Position numbers and translations under genes: made by a program. From the NCBI GenBank assembly GCA_977016875.1, contig CDRNST010000148.1, positions 1,736,001-1,800,000 on the forward strand: a stretch of DNA of 64,000 bases. Direction: 5' to 3'. Below the pieces are notes generated by a model, which did no database searches, was not told the origin of the DNA, and saw only the letters and a list, made by a program, of their open reading frames with translations. This document shows positions 1-12,844 of this stretch, piece after piece (position 1 is the stretch's first letter; each line of letters opens with the position of its first letter). This DNA is from Pavona decussata. Taxonomy: Eukaryota.

Positions 1-3000
1 GCCCTCGCCATAGAGCTGAATATGGTATACGCTGGAGATGTTCGAAAGTAAGATGCAGCGTTCCCGCCGAAACAGCTGCACACAAAAAAACTTCAGCCAA
101 AGGAGACCGAGGATTGGGAAGCAATGAAGCTGCTTTCCTGTTGAGATCTACAGGAAAGCTAGTTCAAGTTGGATCTCGTAAGTTCCGAGTATTCACGTCT
201 GTAGTTGCATTGATGTTTCAAGGTTTCAAGTTGATTGAACTCTCATTTTTCGTTTTTCCCTCGCGGGCTCACCTCCCCGCGGGAGGCGATTTTTACCTCA
301 TTACATTGTTATTTTGAGGGTTAAACTGTGCACGTCGATCACCTTTTCTCTAATCATTATCTATCACAAAAATAGATAGTGAGTAGAGTAACCAATCAGA
401 TTGCAGCAATCGTGATAGAACACCAGTAGATTTATACTAATATCTGTTAGAAATATGAGAGACTGCTCTTAGTCTAAGTCCCGCGTCGCCGGTCCCAAAA
501 AAGGAGGGAAAGGGGACATTTGCGCTGCTCGCGTGGACGTGCGCGAAGCGAGAATATCCTTTCCCTTCCCTTTCAGAGCATGCATAATGGCCTAAGAATA
601 AGAGTTTATAGAAGGACCTAATTAATTGGGCAGCGGGATTGAAGTTTGAGTGGGAAATTCTGATATATAAATTATTTTGCTTAATAGCGATATGCCGTAT
701 GTGTAAGCAATACATAGACGACGCCATTGGCAGCCAAGAGCAGCAGAAACCTGCAGTCGTTGATGTTCCAAATATACAAGTTGTCGAACCATGCGAGGAA
801 ACTGTTCCACAAGTAAGTAGAACTAATAGTCAAGAGGGATTATTTTTTATAACGTTGCAGTAAAACGCTCGTAAAGATGACATTGCTACAGCTTAGTACC
901 TTTCCACGCAGTTAAGTCTTGATGAAACAGTTTAATCTATATATTTTGGTTCAGGTGTGACGACTCAATAGTGTTTTAATCCTGCCGACACTTCGTTTAA
1001 AACCTAGGCTGTTAAAGTTTATTAACATGACGTCACACCAAATTGACTTAAGACACGACAATGACGATGAATTGAATAAGCAACGTTGGCCATGTTGAAT
1101 TTGCCGTTTATTATTTCGAATATTAAATGAAGAACTTTATTATTTTATAGAGTGAAAAGCTGCCATCTCCTGAGGAAAGTGATAATGGTCACTCTTTGGA
1201 TGACTTTTCGGAATCATTTGGCCAGCTTGCAATCTGTGAAGCCGATGAAACGTTCTTATCGCCAGACACTGCAAGCACTGCATCCACTAGCGATGAGTCT
1301 GCTCCTGTAACTGAACCTCGTGGGAAATTGAACGAGTTTTTGATTTCCTGTAAACTGGAACCACTCGGCAAACCATGGGTCAACTGGATCGAGGCATCTG
1401 AAAAAACTAGGTTACGCCAAACCAAGAAAGCCAGTGAAGTAGTATCAGCCGTGCTGAAGACTGTTTCCCCTGACAGTGCCGGAAGTTTGTGGCAACGCTT
1501 AGCGTCTTCTACCGCCATGAATAAGGCACTGGGCGTTGAGGAGCTCCCACATTCCGACCAAGTGTACTTAGAAGCGTTAGCGGAAGCCTACGACAACGCA
1601 GCCAGCTGGGACACACGCAGGCAAATTCTTTCTATTATGGCTGGTGTTGGAAGCTTCACTGACATATCGCGGTATATTCCGGGTTTGACGAGGTACCGCT
1701 TCACTATGGCCAACCTACATCAGCGGCAGTTTGGAAGGGGAGCCCAGGTACAAAAACAACCCATTACGCGAATTCGAGTGGAACTCGTCCAATTGGACCA
1801 CTTTCTGGGCTTTATAACCAGTCCCCATCTGGTACAAGATCTACCATTCGGGCTGAAAAATCTGAAGCTATCGTCAGGTGATACGATCGAGGTACCCAAT
1901 GTGATACGCCTGATGATCCCCCAGAGAGTTGTTCTACAATACACCCAGTACTGTTTGGAGACGGGATTCAAACCTTTCAGTGAGTCGACTATGCTGCGAG
2001 TACTCTCTGAATGCAGTGCCTCTGTAAGGAAATCACTGCAGGGGCTCGATTATTTTGCAGCAGAGGGTGCTCGTGCATTTGACGATCTTGCTGCACTGGT
2101 ACGTCAGATAAGTCAGCTTGGCGCCGGTAAGGAATGGGAGACAAGAGTTACAGAAGCCCTCAAGGCGGACAAGTTTTACCTGAAAGGGGACTACAAGGTA
2201 CTGACAACGGTACTACTTTTATATTCATGTTATATTCATTAGTAGCCTAACCCCTCTCGAACCTAACTATAGGACAGCTGCCTACTAGTCCCAACCCCCT
2301 ATCCCCTCCCTGCTGACAAGGTGAGGTAAAAAATAATCACCTCTAATTAAACCAGGTTATTCTCCCCTTCTTTCAGTTTTAGTACAAAAAGACAATTATT
2401 TTAATGTGAGGTTAATTTAGGTCACTCTTAAATCTGGCTTAATTCACTGTAAACCCATACTGCAATGTAAGCCCCTGGAATGGAATGTTACGGTACTCAT
2501 GATACTGCGCTAATGTGAGAATTTGTTTGTCAATTTGTTGTAAACAGGTTCATATCAGTAACACCTCTCAAGTAGCAGATCACTGCGTTGTGTTTGCTCT
2601 TAGCGACAGTACCGAAAGAGAGTACCAGCAGACCTGCAACCATCAGCACATGGACAGGTGCGACAAATGCCAGGGCCTCACTGAAACCCTAGCTGACATA
2701 GCAAGAATAATCTGCCAAAGCACCTTTGCAAATGAGGACGACAAAGATGAAGCGACGTTCATCTTTGAAACGGCTAAACTGGCTATCCTCTCCTGGAAAT
2801 GTCACATACTAAGATCCGCTAACCAAGACCAGGCACGATTAGATATTCTCGACAAGCTTGACCAGGAAACTGTGCTGATCGTGAACGATTGGGCGATGAA
2901 GTTCTTGCCCCAGAAATACAGGGAATCGCAAGCAGACTGGTTTGGTAAAAGGGGAGTTTCCTGGCACATCTCTGTGGTCTATCGGCGTTTGAACGGTGTA

Positions 3001-4899
3001 CTCCAGTGGCAGGGGTTCATCCATACCATCCAGTCCTGCAACCAAGACAGTTCAGCAGTGGTGGCGATTATGCAGGACGTATTGCACACTCTGAAACTGG
3101 AGTACCCAGAGATAAAGAATGCGTATTTCAGGCAGGACAACGCCGGTTGCTACCACTCATCTGCCACTATTCTATCTTGCCCCGTGGTAGCAGCCACCAC
3201 TGGAGTCCGCATCCAGCGTATTGACTTCTCCGACCCACAAGGGGGAAAAGGTGCTGCTGACAGATTGGCGGCAACCTGTAAAGCCCACGTCAGGATCCAC
3301 ATTAACGAGGGGAATGATGTGACGACAGCGCACGAGCTGAAAGGTGCTCTACTCTCGCATGGAGGAATAGATGGGGTGCGGGTAGTTTCCATGGACACCA
3401 TTCGGGAGGTACCTGTAGTGGATAATAGCCGAAAGATAACCGCCATCAGCAAGCTAAACAACTTCGAATTTGGCGCTGACAGGACCAGCACCACAGCCTG
3501 GCGTGCGTACGGCATTGGGAGTGGTAAAGAGATCACATTGGAGACGTCTTTACGCGGTAAATACGTGCAACTGGGTCATGCAGTGTGTGTTTAGGTGTAT
3601 TTTATGATCGTCTGGGAACCTCCAGTAGAAAAGTAGAGTAAAGCTGCATTGCACAACAGACTTCTACCAATTCATTCCTTTTATTCATTTTTATTCATAG
3701 TATCAAGTTACCTTATTACATGCATTGCAGTTGAGGGGGATATAGGAAACCCTATTGATTTAGGGGAAGGAGTATACTCTCTTAGGCGCGAGGAAATTGG
3801 ATGCTTCTGTTGAGGGGCGCGCAAGTCCAAACTGTGTCTTTTTTTCCTTTTCCTCTTTCCACAACATTGTGCGCGTGGCGCGCGTATCTACAGTAAAGCC
3901 AAATGAGGCCTATATATTTTGACTCGAAAGCTAGCGACACAGAAGCATGTGAAAACCATGTCCAATGGTGCTCTTAGTTTGATCTTCATTGCTCCCATTT
4001 CAGATCTAGAACCTGGCTACAGCTGGCTTGCGTCAACGTTCTCACCAGGTGGCTTTAAATCCGTGGGTACAAAGCGCGCGGAGAAGACAAAGAAGGCGGA
4101 AGTGTTACCGGAAAACGTCCAGGGAGCCACTGAAGAAGCAACATCTCTTTTCTCTTGCCCTCAAGATGGGTGTGTCAAGGTCTTTCAAAGACTATCTTCT
4201 CTAGAGAAACACCTGTCTTTAGAAAAATGCACGCAATCTTTAGAGAAGAGGTCTTTGTTAGACCTTGCTAAATTAGGCTACAAGGCCCAATTAGAAGAGG
4301 GTACGGGGCACATCACCATCACTGCTCCAGTTACAGAGGGGGCTCTAGACGACGTGTACATCAAAGAAGGATGGGCTCTAAAATGCGTCAAAAAGCCCTA
4401 TCGATTTAACAACACTCAGAAAGCCTACCTTGATGCCAAGTTTGCCATCGGCCAAACCACCGGAAAAAAATTGGACGGGGATGTTGTTTCCCGTGAAATG
4501 AGACGTGCACTAGGAACCGACGGTGTCCGTCTGTTCAAAGTCTCTGAGTTCCTAACACCGCAGCAGATTACATCATACTTCTCCCGCCTAGCTGCGAAGG
4601 TGCGCCAACAGATTCCTGACGACGCTAACATACAGGCCTGTCAAGAGGAAGAGAACTTTGCACGAGCAAGAGAAGTAGTCACCTCCATCACCCTACAGCA
4701 CCCCATCACGTACGATCAGTACGATATTTGTGCAATGAAAAAGGATGGATCGCTGGAGAGATTGAAGCTTGCAATGCTGCAAAACATCTGTAAGGAACTG
4801 GAATTGGAGGTGCCTCAGAAACCCATTCGTCGCAAGGCACTGTACCTTGAACTTCTTCGTAAGGCCGTGGCCAGTTGCAGTTGCGAAACCACTCCGTAA
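1..4899 (+). CDS. Sola3 transposase, spliced, 5'-partial (at least 1083 aa)
   Basis: Exons <1-177, 688-812, 1151-2197, 2548-3556, 4004-4899. All introns are GT-AG and phase-compatible (3252 nt from position 3 = 1084 codons including stop). Junction peptides: VGS|PICRMC, VPQ|SEKL, KGDYK|VHI, LR|DLEP. Catalytic-type motifs: NDWAMKFLP..RESQADWFGKRGVSWH (D at 2887), QDNAGCYHS (D at 3136), FSDPQGGKGAADR (D at 3259). Also an N-terminal Cys/His-rich region and a C-terminal CPQDGC..F..L..H zinc finger. Confidence 0.88.
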
Positions 4900-6513
4900 C
4901 TACACTATCAAGAACCATGTGAACTTTAATTTAGTATTGTTACTTATTTCTTTCAAGCATGGGAAAAAAATAGTTGCTTTAATATGTTCACCCGGTGGTT
5001 TTAGAGGGGGGGGGGGGGGGGGAGTAAAAGTTTTGGAAAAAACACGTATTTTGCGAGGGAAGGGGGGGCTTTTTGGCACAAACAATATAAAATTGTATTG
5101 GCTACAATTGTGCGGCATCAGGTTCCTGTGCAAATATCGCGGAAAACGTGCCAAATTGGATTCCCGAGTTTCCCAATTTAAAAGCATTTTCCCTTAGAAA
5201 ATTATGTTTTCGGCACTCAAGATTTTCGATCCATTTTGTGCTTATCTTACAACCTTCTAACGGCGCAATGATTTTTTTTCCTGCTGGAGTAACGATTTTT
5301 TTTTGTCTAGAAACGTAGCACAAAAGTTCAGCATATCAAATACAAACGTTCCAGAGTGCGAGGGTTGGGGTTCGTTTTGAAAACGAGTTAGTTCTTGGGG
5401 TGGTAATATTTAGTTTTCTTGGTTTTAGTGGGGATAAGAATTCAAAAGAAGGCATTGTTTTTTTTTTTCCTTGCAAAAACCACCGCCGCCCCCGGCGGGT
5501 GGGGTACGTAATAAACGAACGGTCCCGTTGCGAGCGGCTTGCGTTACTTTCCAAGGTCATATTGAGGTCACGATAAAATTAAAATGCAATTTGGAATACC
5601 TTTGGCGGTCGCAACGTTTGCTGCGAAAACTTCTTCCTTTTCATTACAAAATATATTTAAGACACATTTAGTATATTATTGAAATAACTTTTCGGCAAAT
5701 CTCGCTCTACATCACAATTTCGATTCGGCCGGCGCGTTGAAAATGAATCCTTCTCCGCCAAAGGTTTTCCGTTCAAAATATAATATTCGCGAGTATTTTA
5801 CACTCCAATATGTGGCTCACCACGTCGTATCAAAGCTGAAACATACTTCAAGGAATAACTTAACGAGATACATACAATGGTAAGTCGTTCTTCAAAGCTT
5901 TAAATGTAATTTTTAGATGTATTTCTAAAATCGACTCCAAATTTGCATACAATTTTAGCTGTTTATATGCCAGGACAGTTTATTTTACTGACACGGGAAA
6001 TCATTATTTCCAAAGCTGTAACTTTCCAGGATAAAAGGTCAATGACTAAGCTTTCCTTTCATGTAGATTTGATGATCAAACGACATATACCAGAAACCAT
6101 TTATTGCAGCCGAAGTTGGCCTTCAATTTATCGCGCAATGAAAGTCACAAATAGTGACCGTATAAATATGCCGATTGTAACGGCCACAGACCAAAATATG
6201 AGAAAACTATTACATGATTTTAACGAGCAAACATCAATTAATATTTGTGCCATGTTTCGTTTTTATAGGATCTTCTTTACGCGCTCACCGTCTCCCCGAA
6301 GTTCGGCGAGAATTCGGGCCTTTTATAGAGCCCAATGTCGCCATTTTACCCGATTTTCAAACTTTTTAAAATTTCTCCCTTTATATAAAGCGTTGGAATT
6401 TTTCGATATTTTTTCTTAAGTTGGTTGACCCCAGGGGATGTTTTGGCCAAATAAAAAAAAATCTGATTTTTCGTGAGTGTCTTTCGATTTTCGATTTTCT
6501 CAGAATTTGGCTC
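1..6513 (+). mobile_element. Sola3-type DNA transposon (left end lies upstream of the window)
   Basis: Encodes a transposase with Sola3-type motifs. The right terminus reads ...GATTTTCGATTTTCTCAGAATTTGGCTC (CTC at 6511-6513), immediately followed by TTAA (6514-6517). This matches the 5'-GAG...CTC-3' termini and TTAA target site known for Sola3. The left TIR is not visible, so TIR pairing is unverified. Confidence 0.8.
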
Positions 6514-8748
6514 TTAAGTTCGTTTTGTTCAGTTAATAAAACGCCCTGCAGCTATAGCTGTCAGACATCGTTGAGATAACGAGACAAACGAAAATGAAGT
6601 TTAACATGGAGTCTAATTAATCTTCATATTTAATCAACCGCATAAGGTCAGGGGAAGTTTAATTAACGGGGGTACACTTTAAGTGCAACTTTAACAGATC
6701 TTTAGGGATCTAATGAAAGAAACAATTAATAACAAAGATAAAAAGATCAAAACATTACGAACAGTTTAGTGGAAGTATTGTCTCCCTAACTTAACACTTC
6801 ATTTGTGACTGATTCTCTTATTTCTTAGCTCTAGTCATTCTTCTGAGGTATCTAATTACCTTGACACCCAACACGCCGCTATTAAAAGCCTGTCGACTCG
6901 GTCACTGCGAATACTAATTAATACTATACTGCGTGGTCCTCGATTTTTTTATTATAACGAAAGTGTTCTCTCGTCTCTTCTTTTAAAATGTTTATCTGAG
7001 TTCTGGGCGTGCGTGCAGGTCCAAGAAATACCACATAGTTGCTTTTGGTTCCAGCTAAAATAACACAGACTCATTTTGACAAACTAAACTATTTGGCCGT
7101 TAGAGAGAGACGAAATGTTCGAATCAGATTCGTAATTCTCAGGCAAAGTTGGTATGTTCGGTTTAACAAAACTTTTCATCTTAAACCATTTAAGTTGAGA
7201 TGCCAGCAGTTCGACCGCGTAACTCTATTCATTGCTGCCATGTTAAGTGAAATTCAGCTGGAAGAACAATTCTATCAGATCTCATTTTTATGATTTTTTA
7301 CAAATATGTCATGGAGTGAAAATTTTCATAAAATATTCCTTGTTTTGCTAAAGTTTATCTCCAAGTCCGACAGCTTTAACGAGTTGATTACAGAGCAGTG
7401 ATCACACTATATGCGCAGTATAGCTTAAAATTTCTAGCAAAACGCTCTTTATTGCTTTTCGGAACCAATTAAAATCAAAGTTATGACTTTAGTCGTCTGC
7501 ACCTTACTTACCGATAATACCTCTTTGCCAAAGATTAACGAGGACCTTAACTGATTTGTCAGCATTCAGACAAATTGCTATGGATAGCATGTTAGGGTCA
7601 GCAATTTTTATTTAATTATGGCCAAATACATCTGCTTCTTTCTTTATGTTATTGCAAAAAAGGTTCTATCGTACGCAAATTCTTCGAGCTACATAACTCG
7701 ATTCAATAGCGATCAAGCAAATCTTTTTGCTAGTAAAATTTACGATATACGATCGCTTTATTTCGAATAATCGAAACAAATCGTATAGCGACCGACATAC
7801 ACTATAAAATACTCGGTCATAACACGTAGATAAAGGATGGATTAAAGCTATCAACAATTCTAAATAAAATTTACAGTTTTGTTCTTATAGTTCTTGAACA
7901 TTTCTTTTGTTTATTAATTCATTCGATTACTTCCTTAATTTTTTTAAGAACAGGCGTACTTACCCAGTTTATGTAGTCACAACTTCCTGGTATACTTCAA
8001 ACTAAACTCCACACTCTGCAAAAGCCCTTGCTTTCTAAAACGTTGACAGTTATCGAATTTCTTTGTGTCATCCCAGCGAAATCTCAGGTAAACAATGTAA
8101 CATAACAAGCGAGCTGCTGGACTATAAAACCATAACAACTGCACGCAACCAATTGCCTTAAAATATTTCAAAGATAACAGACCACTTCACGAGCAAAAAT
8201 ACTCCAGTTATTAATAATTGATTATCACATAACGGACCCGAAACAATATTCTTTATTTATGTCATGTTTATATATTTTTCCTTAGTTTAATATCAGTTTT
8301 TCTGTTAAAACTGATAACTTGATAAACTGAAATATAAATTCTTGTAGTGCCAAAATATATAAAAAAATTCGAAATGATGTTTTCGTCGTATAAAACTCAA
8401 ATCGATGATGTTTACTGTATGGACGGTAAAATTACTTATGTTTAGGAACATTATTTAAACTATATTTTCCATGCCTTTTATCTCTCGCTCGCCTATAGTA
8501 AACAGTATACCTTTTTCGGATTATTGGAAATTTGTAAAATTCTCTTAATTTGGTATTTTTGAAGTACGTGTGCTAACAGTATTTTCAAGAACGTTTATTT
8601 ACTTGAGATGAAAATCGTTGTAAAAACGTCTGCCAATTAATTTACAGCATCCAATAACGAGCTCAGGTTAATTAAATAATCCAACTCCGAATGTAATCCA
8701 AGTCCCACAAAAATTGACAGAAATCCCCCCAACACTTAAGTTAATTAG

Positions 8749-9928
8749 CCCAACAAGCACACAAACAACAGTTTCAAAACTTTACTACGGCTCTGTTATT
8801 TGAATCGGTTATTCGACGCAAAAGATCAAACGCGCCATACGAATTATCCCAAGAACTTTGTTATGATGAAACGATTTTCGTTTTCATGGTAACGATAGTT
8901 CAATTTGTTGCTTAAAGTTACGTCAGCCGTTTTGTCCGCTCTATTGTTTCCTCACCTAAGCGTGCATGAGACATGTCGTGCAAGTTCGTTTATCTCGGGA
9001 TCGAGATAAAATGTAGGCACGCATACCTTGTTTAATTTTTAATTAGATTTCTTAGCATACCTCAGTTCCATATTTGTAACCCTAAAACAGTGTTGATAAC
9101 TTTCTTGTCAATTTTGATTTGTTCGTTAACAATTTTGCCGAGAACTTGGAGCAAGGGGGGCTTGTTAGGGAAGAACTTGGCAAATTTTGTCGTCCACACG
9201 AGAAATAATGAACTTGTCAAGGAAAACGTGCTCGTCTACATCAGCCTTATATTCCTGCGTGGACGACAAAATTTATCAGTTTCGCTCCTTGCCAAGTTTT
9301 CATGTTAAAAAATTAAAAGTGGCAAAACATTTGATCAACAAGGAAAGTTATTCAGGAACACATTGTCAAGTACGCAAACTTGCTCGTGTGAACGAAGACA
9401 AAGTTTTTATACCTAGTAGTTTTATTTACTCGTTTACTTACATGTTATTTACTTGTTTATTTATCTTATACTCGTTAATAAACTGGCAAACTGAATATCA
9501 AGGAGACCTCATTGAGTAGCGAAACTTCCTCGTGTAAGTATAGGTGAATACGTACAAGTTTTCAGTGTTGACATGTTTTATATTATCGTGTGTTCGACAA
9601 AAGTTATGTTTTCCCTTGATGAGTCCACTCGTTCAAAAAATGACAAAACAGTTGTTCAACAAGGAAACTTTGTCAAGGAATACTTGTCGAGTAGCGAAAT
9701 GTGTTAACATCAAGTTTTCCTTGAAAGGTTTTATTTTCCTGTATGTACGACCAGAAATTGGCAAGTTTGTCCTTAACAAGGGTCCTTGTTCAAAAACTGG
9801 CAAGTAGGTTTTGGAACCGGTAGACTTCTCAAAGAAAAAGTGCTTAGTGGCAGTGTTACAGTCAACACGAAAACTTGTCTTTAATTTGATCGTTCTCATT
9901 TAGGTATGGCTTGCAAGATCTTGTTGGG
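8749..9928. mobile_element. Possible non-autonomous DNA element (EnSpm/CACTA-like ends) with internal AACTTGTCAAGGAAA-like repeats
   Basis: CCCAACAAG at 8749 and its reverse complement CTTGTTGGG ending at 9928. Many degenerate internal repeats, including a diverged duplication of ~9300-9395 and ~9630-9715. No coding capacity. Confidence 0.35.
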
Positions 9929-10741
9929 TCGTTGATGACGTCACAAATGGCAAAAGAAGCCTGAGACACTTTCTATTTAATTTAGCCAAAGTTTTCCGTT
10001 GGAAATTTCGGAAACTTCTCGTATCAAATAGAAAGGCTCTTTTTTCTAGTCATTCCAAATTTTCAATCTCATTGGTAGATCAAAACACGTACGTGATGGC
10101 GCAATGATGGCGCAAGAAGACAACGAAATGAAAATGTTGTGTTTTTCTTTCCAATCGGTTTGGAAGGTAATTTCCGGTGCAACCGGTTGGAACAGAAAAA
10201 GTAGGTTATCTGCAAAGGTCGTCCGTTTGTTCCGGAAAATTTACGTCTGTTCCGCGCGTACTATTCCCATTTCAACCGGTTAACCGAAAATTTGGCCGAA
10301 TGGAAACGCGCCCTTGGCTTTTGGTGAGTGGCACGGCAGTGAAAGAGCAGTACTGAAAACTGATCCAAAAAAGAATTAAAATGTTAAATAAGCTGCTTTA
10401 ATCAGTGTAAGTAAATGTAAAAAGCCCTTAAACTAGACAAACATTCAAACTGAAATTTAACCATTATTCTACTAATAGAATGTAGACTGATAGACTGAGC
10501 ATAATTCATGATCTTAAAGCATAAAGATGCATGTTATTATTTTGAATAACAGTAACAGTTATATATAAATATGTCAATAGACAAGGCATAGATATGAGCC
10601 TCTTGTGCCTTGATCACTTTCCCATACAAGGATATTTATTTAGCTGTAATTACATCTGAATTACAACACTGAATATTCATAACTTGTTAATGAAGCTGAG
10701 AGAGCTAAACTGAAATATCATGACTTTTCATTATTTGTATA

Positions 10742-11225
10742 TATATGTAATCAAACGGTGACGAGTGAAATTAGGAAATAATTTCACGCGCGTTTTGTCA
10801 AAATTCTAGGAATTATTTCCTTATTTCACGAGTATACCATTTGATTACATTTTTATATAATGGGTGACAAATTCCGCTCACAATCGTGGTCGGTTCCGTC
10901 TTGTTTACACACGCAGGCAAAAAACCACGCGAGTACTTTATTCAACTGCTCGGGACGAACCGTCTCAGGGTTATTCCCAAGGCCATTTTCATCACACCAG
11001 TTCTCAAAAACCCTCACCCAGTTAATTGTGCCATTATTTAGGTTTCCTACAGCATCTTTTAATGCCGTAACTTCTTTCATCCGTAACATCTTTAAACCTG
11101 GACGCCATCTTCGCACTGAGATATAAAAAACATTGCCATAGAAATTTTGTAATTTCATACGTGAAATTATGAATTAACGCTGAAGTTTTCTCGCCAAAAT
11201 TAAGGAATAATTTGTCACCCATGAT
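10742..11225 (-). mobile_element. Crypton-like (tyrosine recombinase transposon) 5' fragment with palindromic arms
   Basis: Minus-strand frameshifted peptide MASRFKDVTDE/EVTALKDAVGNLN..NWVRVFENWCDE..LNKVLAWFFACVCKQDGTD resembles Crypton/DUF3504-associated N-termini. Hairpin GTAATCAAACGGT...ACCATTTGATTAC at ~10747-10848. Inverted ATGGGTGACAAATT at ~10860 and ~11222. Confidence 0.6.
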
Positions 11226-11598
11226 ATTACTTAAAGAAATAATATTACTGGAATGAAGAAGGTACATTATTTTTTCAAATTGCTCAGTAAATTTTAACCT
11301 GTCCTTAATTAGGATATATTGATAAATGTTATCGCCGGTATAAAAATCACAAATGGTTCTCAATACGAAAGCGTAATAAACGGATTGTACTCAAGCAAGG
11401 TTTTTCTATTAGCATGCTTACAAAACACAGCCATTTATATTTCCTACCCTATTCTGTGCAAAACAGTTAAAGAAATTTGGATTTTATCGCAAGTTTTCGT
11501 GCTTATTCAAAAGAATTGAATTTTGTTCATTGTTAGAACTTGTTTTTTAAACTTACAGGCTTCTGAAGTATTTCTCCGAAATGCACTCCATTAAGATT

Positions 11599-12803
11599 TC
11601 AAATCGGTAACGGTTCTACGAACATACTCCAGAACAGTACCAGAAAGGTGGCATAGGATGCCGGGAAGATCATCCGGGATAGTAAGTCCACCCAGTGAGT
11701 ACAGCTCGGGTTACGCTTCTTAGGAAGTTCCCGACTGGGGGTTTTGACCTGAATCTTTCCTCGGCGCATGTGGCCTGTCTTGTCTAGCAACATGACTGTA
11801 GCGCCTTGTTCAGTGTTGGACACCACCACTCTCTGGGGGAGGGGGTAGGTACACGCTGGCATGTGTCTCTGTACTGTGGCAAGGTCTCTTTCAGCAGGGT
11901 GGCTGATTTCCGCTTCCAGTTCTTTGTAAGGCTCGTTATCAAAGCTGGCCTGCAATTAATAAAGTGAACAAAAAATTTTCAGTTTCAGCTGGCTACAACA
12001 AAAACATAAGAGACATGTTATGAAGCTTACATATGGAACCACTCTGAAGTTATTTTAAAAGCTGCTCAACAGATTCCTTCCCTGTAAACTGACTCTATAA
12101 TTAAGTTCAGAGTCCAAGATTAGTGCATTACCTGGACCCTTGTATTTTTGTACAATGGTCAAATATAACTGCCAATTCAAATGTAAACCAAAAAACAAAA
12201 ACAAAACAAAACAATAACAACAACAACAAAGGAAAAACAAGAACTATACCAATACTACTAATACTCCTCGACATAATTATAAGCGTCTTTACCTCTTTTT
12301 CGAGTACTGTTTCATCCAGTTTCAATGGCTGTTTCTCTTCCTGTTTGCCAAAATACGATCGTTAGTAGTTGTATATGCTAGTAATAGTTGGTTATTAGTT
12401 CATCAGTTAATCAATTTGAATGGAAATAATTTTCCCTCTAATTTGCCCACAACTGATTAAACGTGAAATGGCTTCAATACTGACAGGTGAACCCTACTTA
12501 AGGTATTTCCTGGAAGGAAAAGGTTGAAGAAGTTGGGGACTTTATCAAAAGTTTAACCTTGCAATTGTTGTATACAAAAGGTGCCTATTAGCCAACCAAC
12601 CAACCAACCAACCAACCAACTAGTCAGTCAGTCAGTCAGTCAGTCAGTCAGTCACTCAGACGGAAAGACTGAGACAGTGTAGTCAGTGGGTCAGTCAGTC
12701 AGTCAGTCAGTCAGTCAGTCACTTAGACAGAGTCAGTCAGTCAGTTAGTCAGTCACTTAGACAGACAGACAGTCAGTCAGTCAGATAGTCAGTCAATCAG
12801 TCA

Positions 12804-12844
<41 letters not shown>

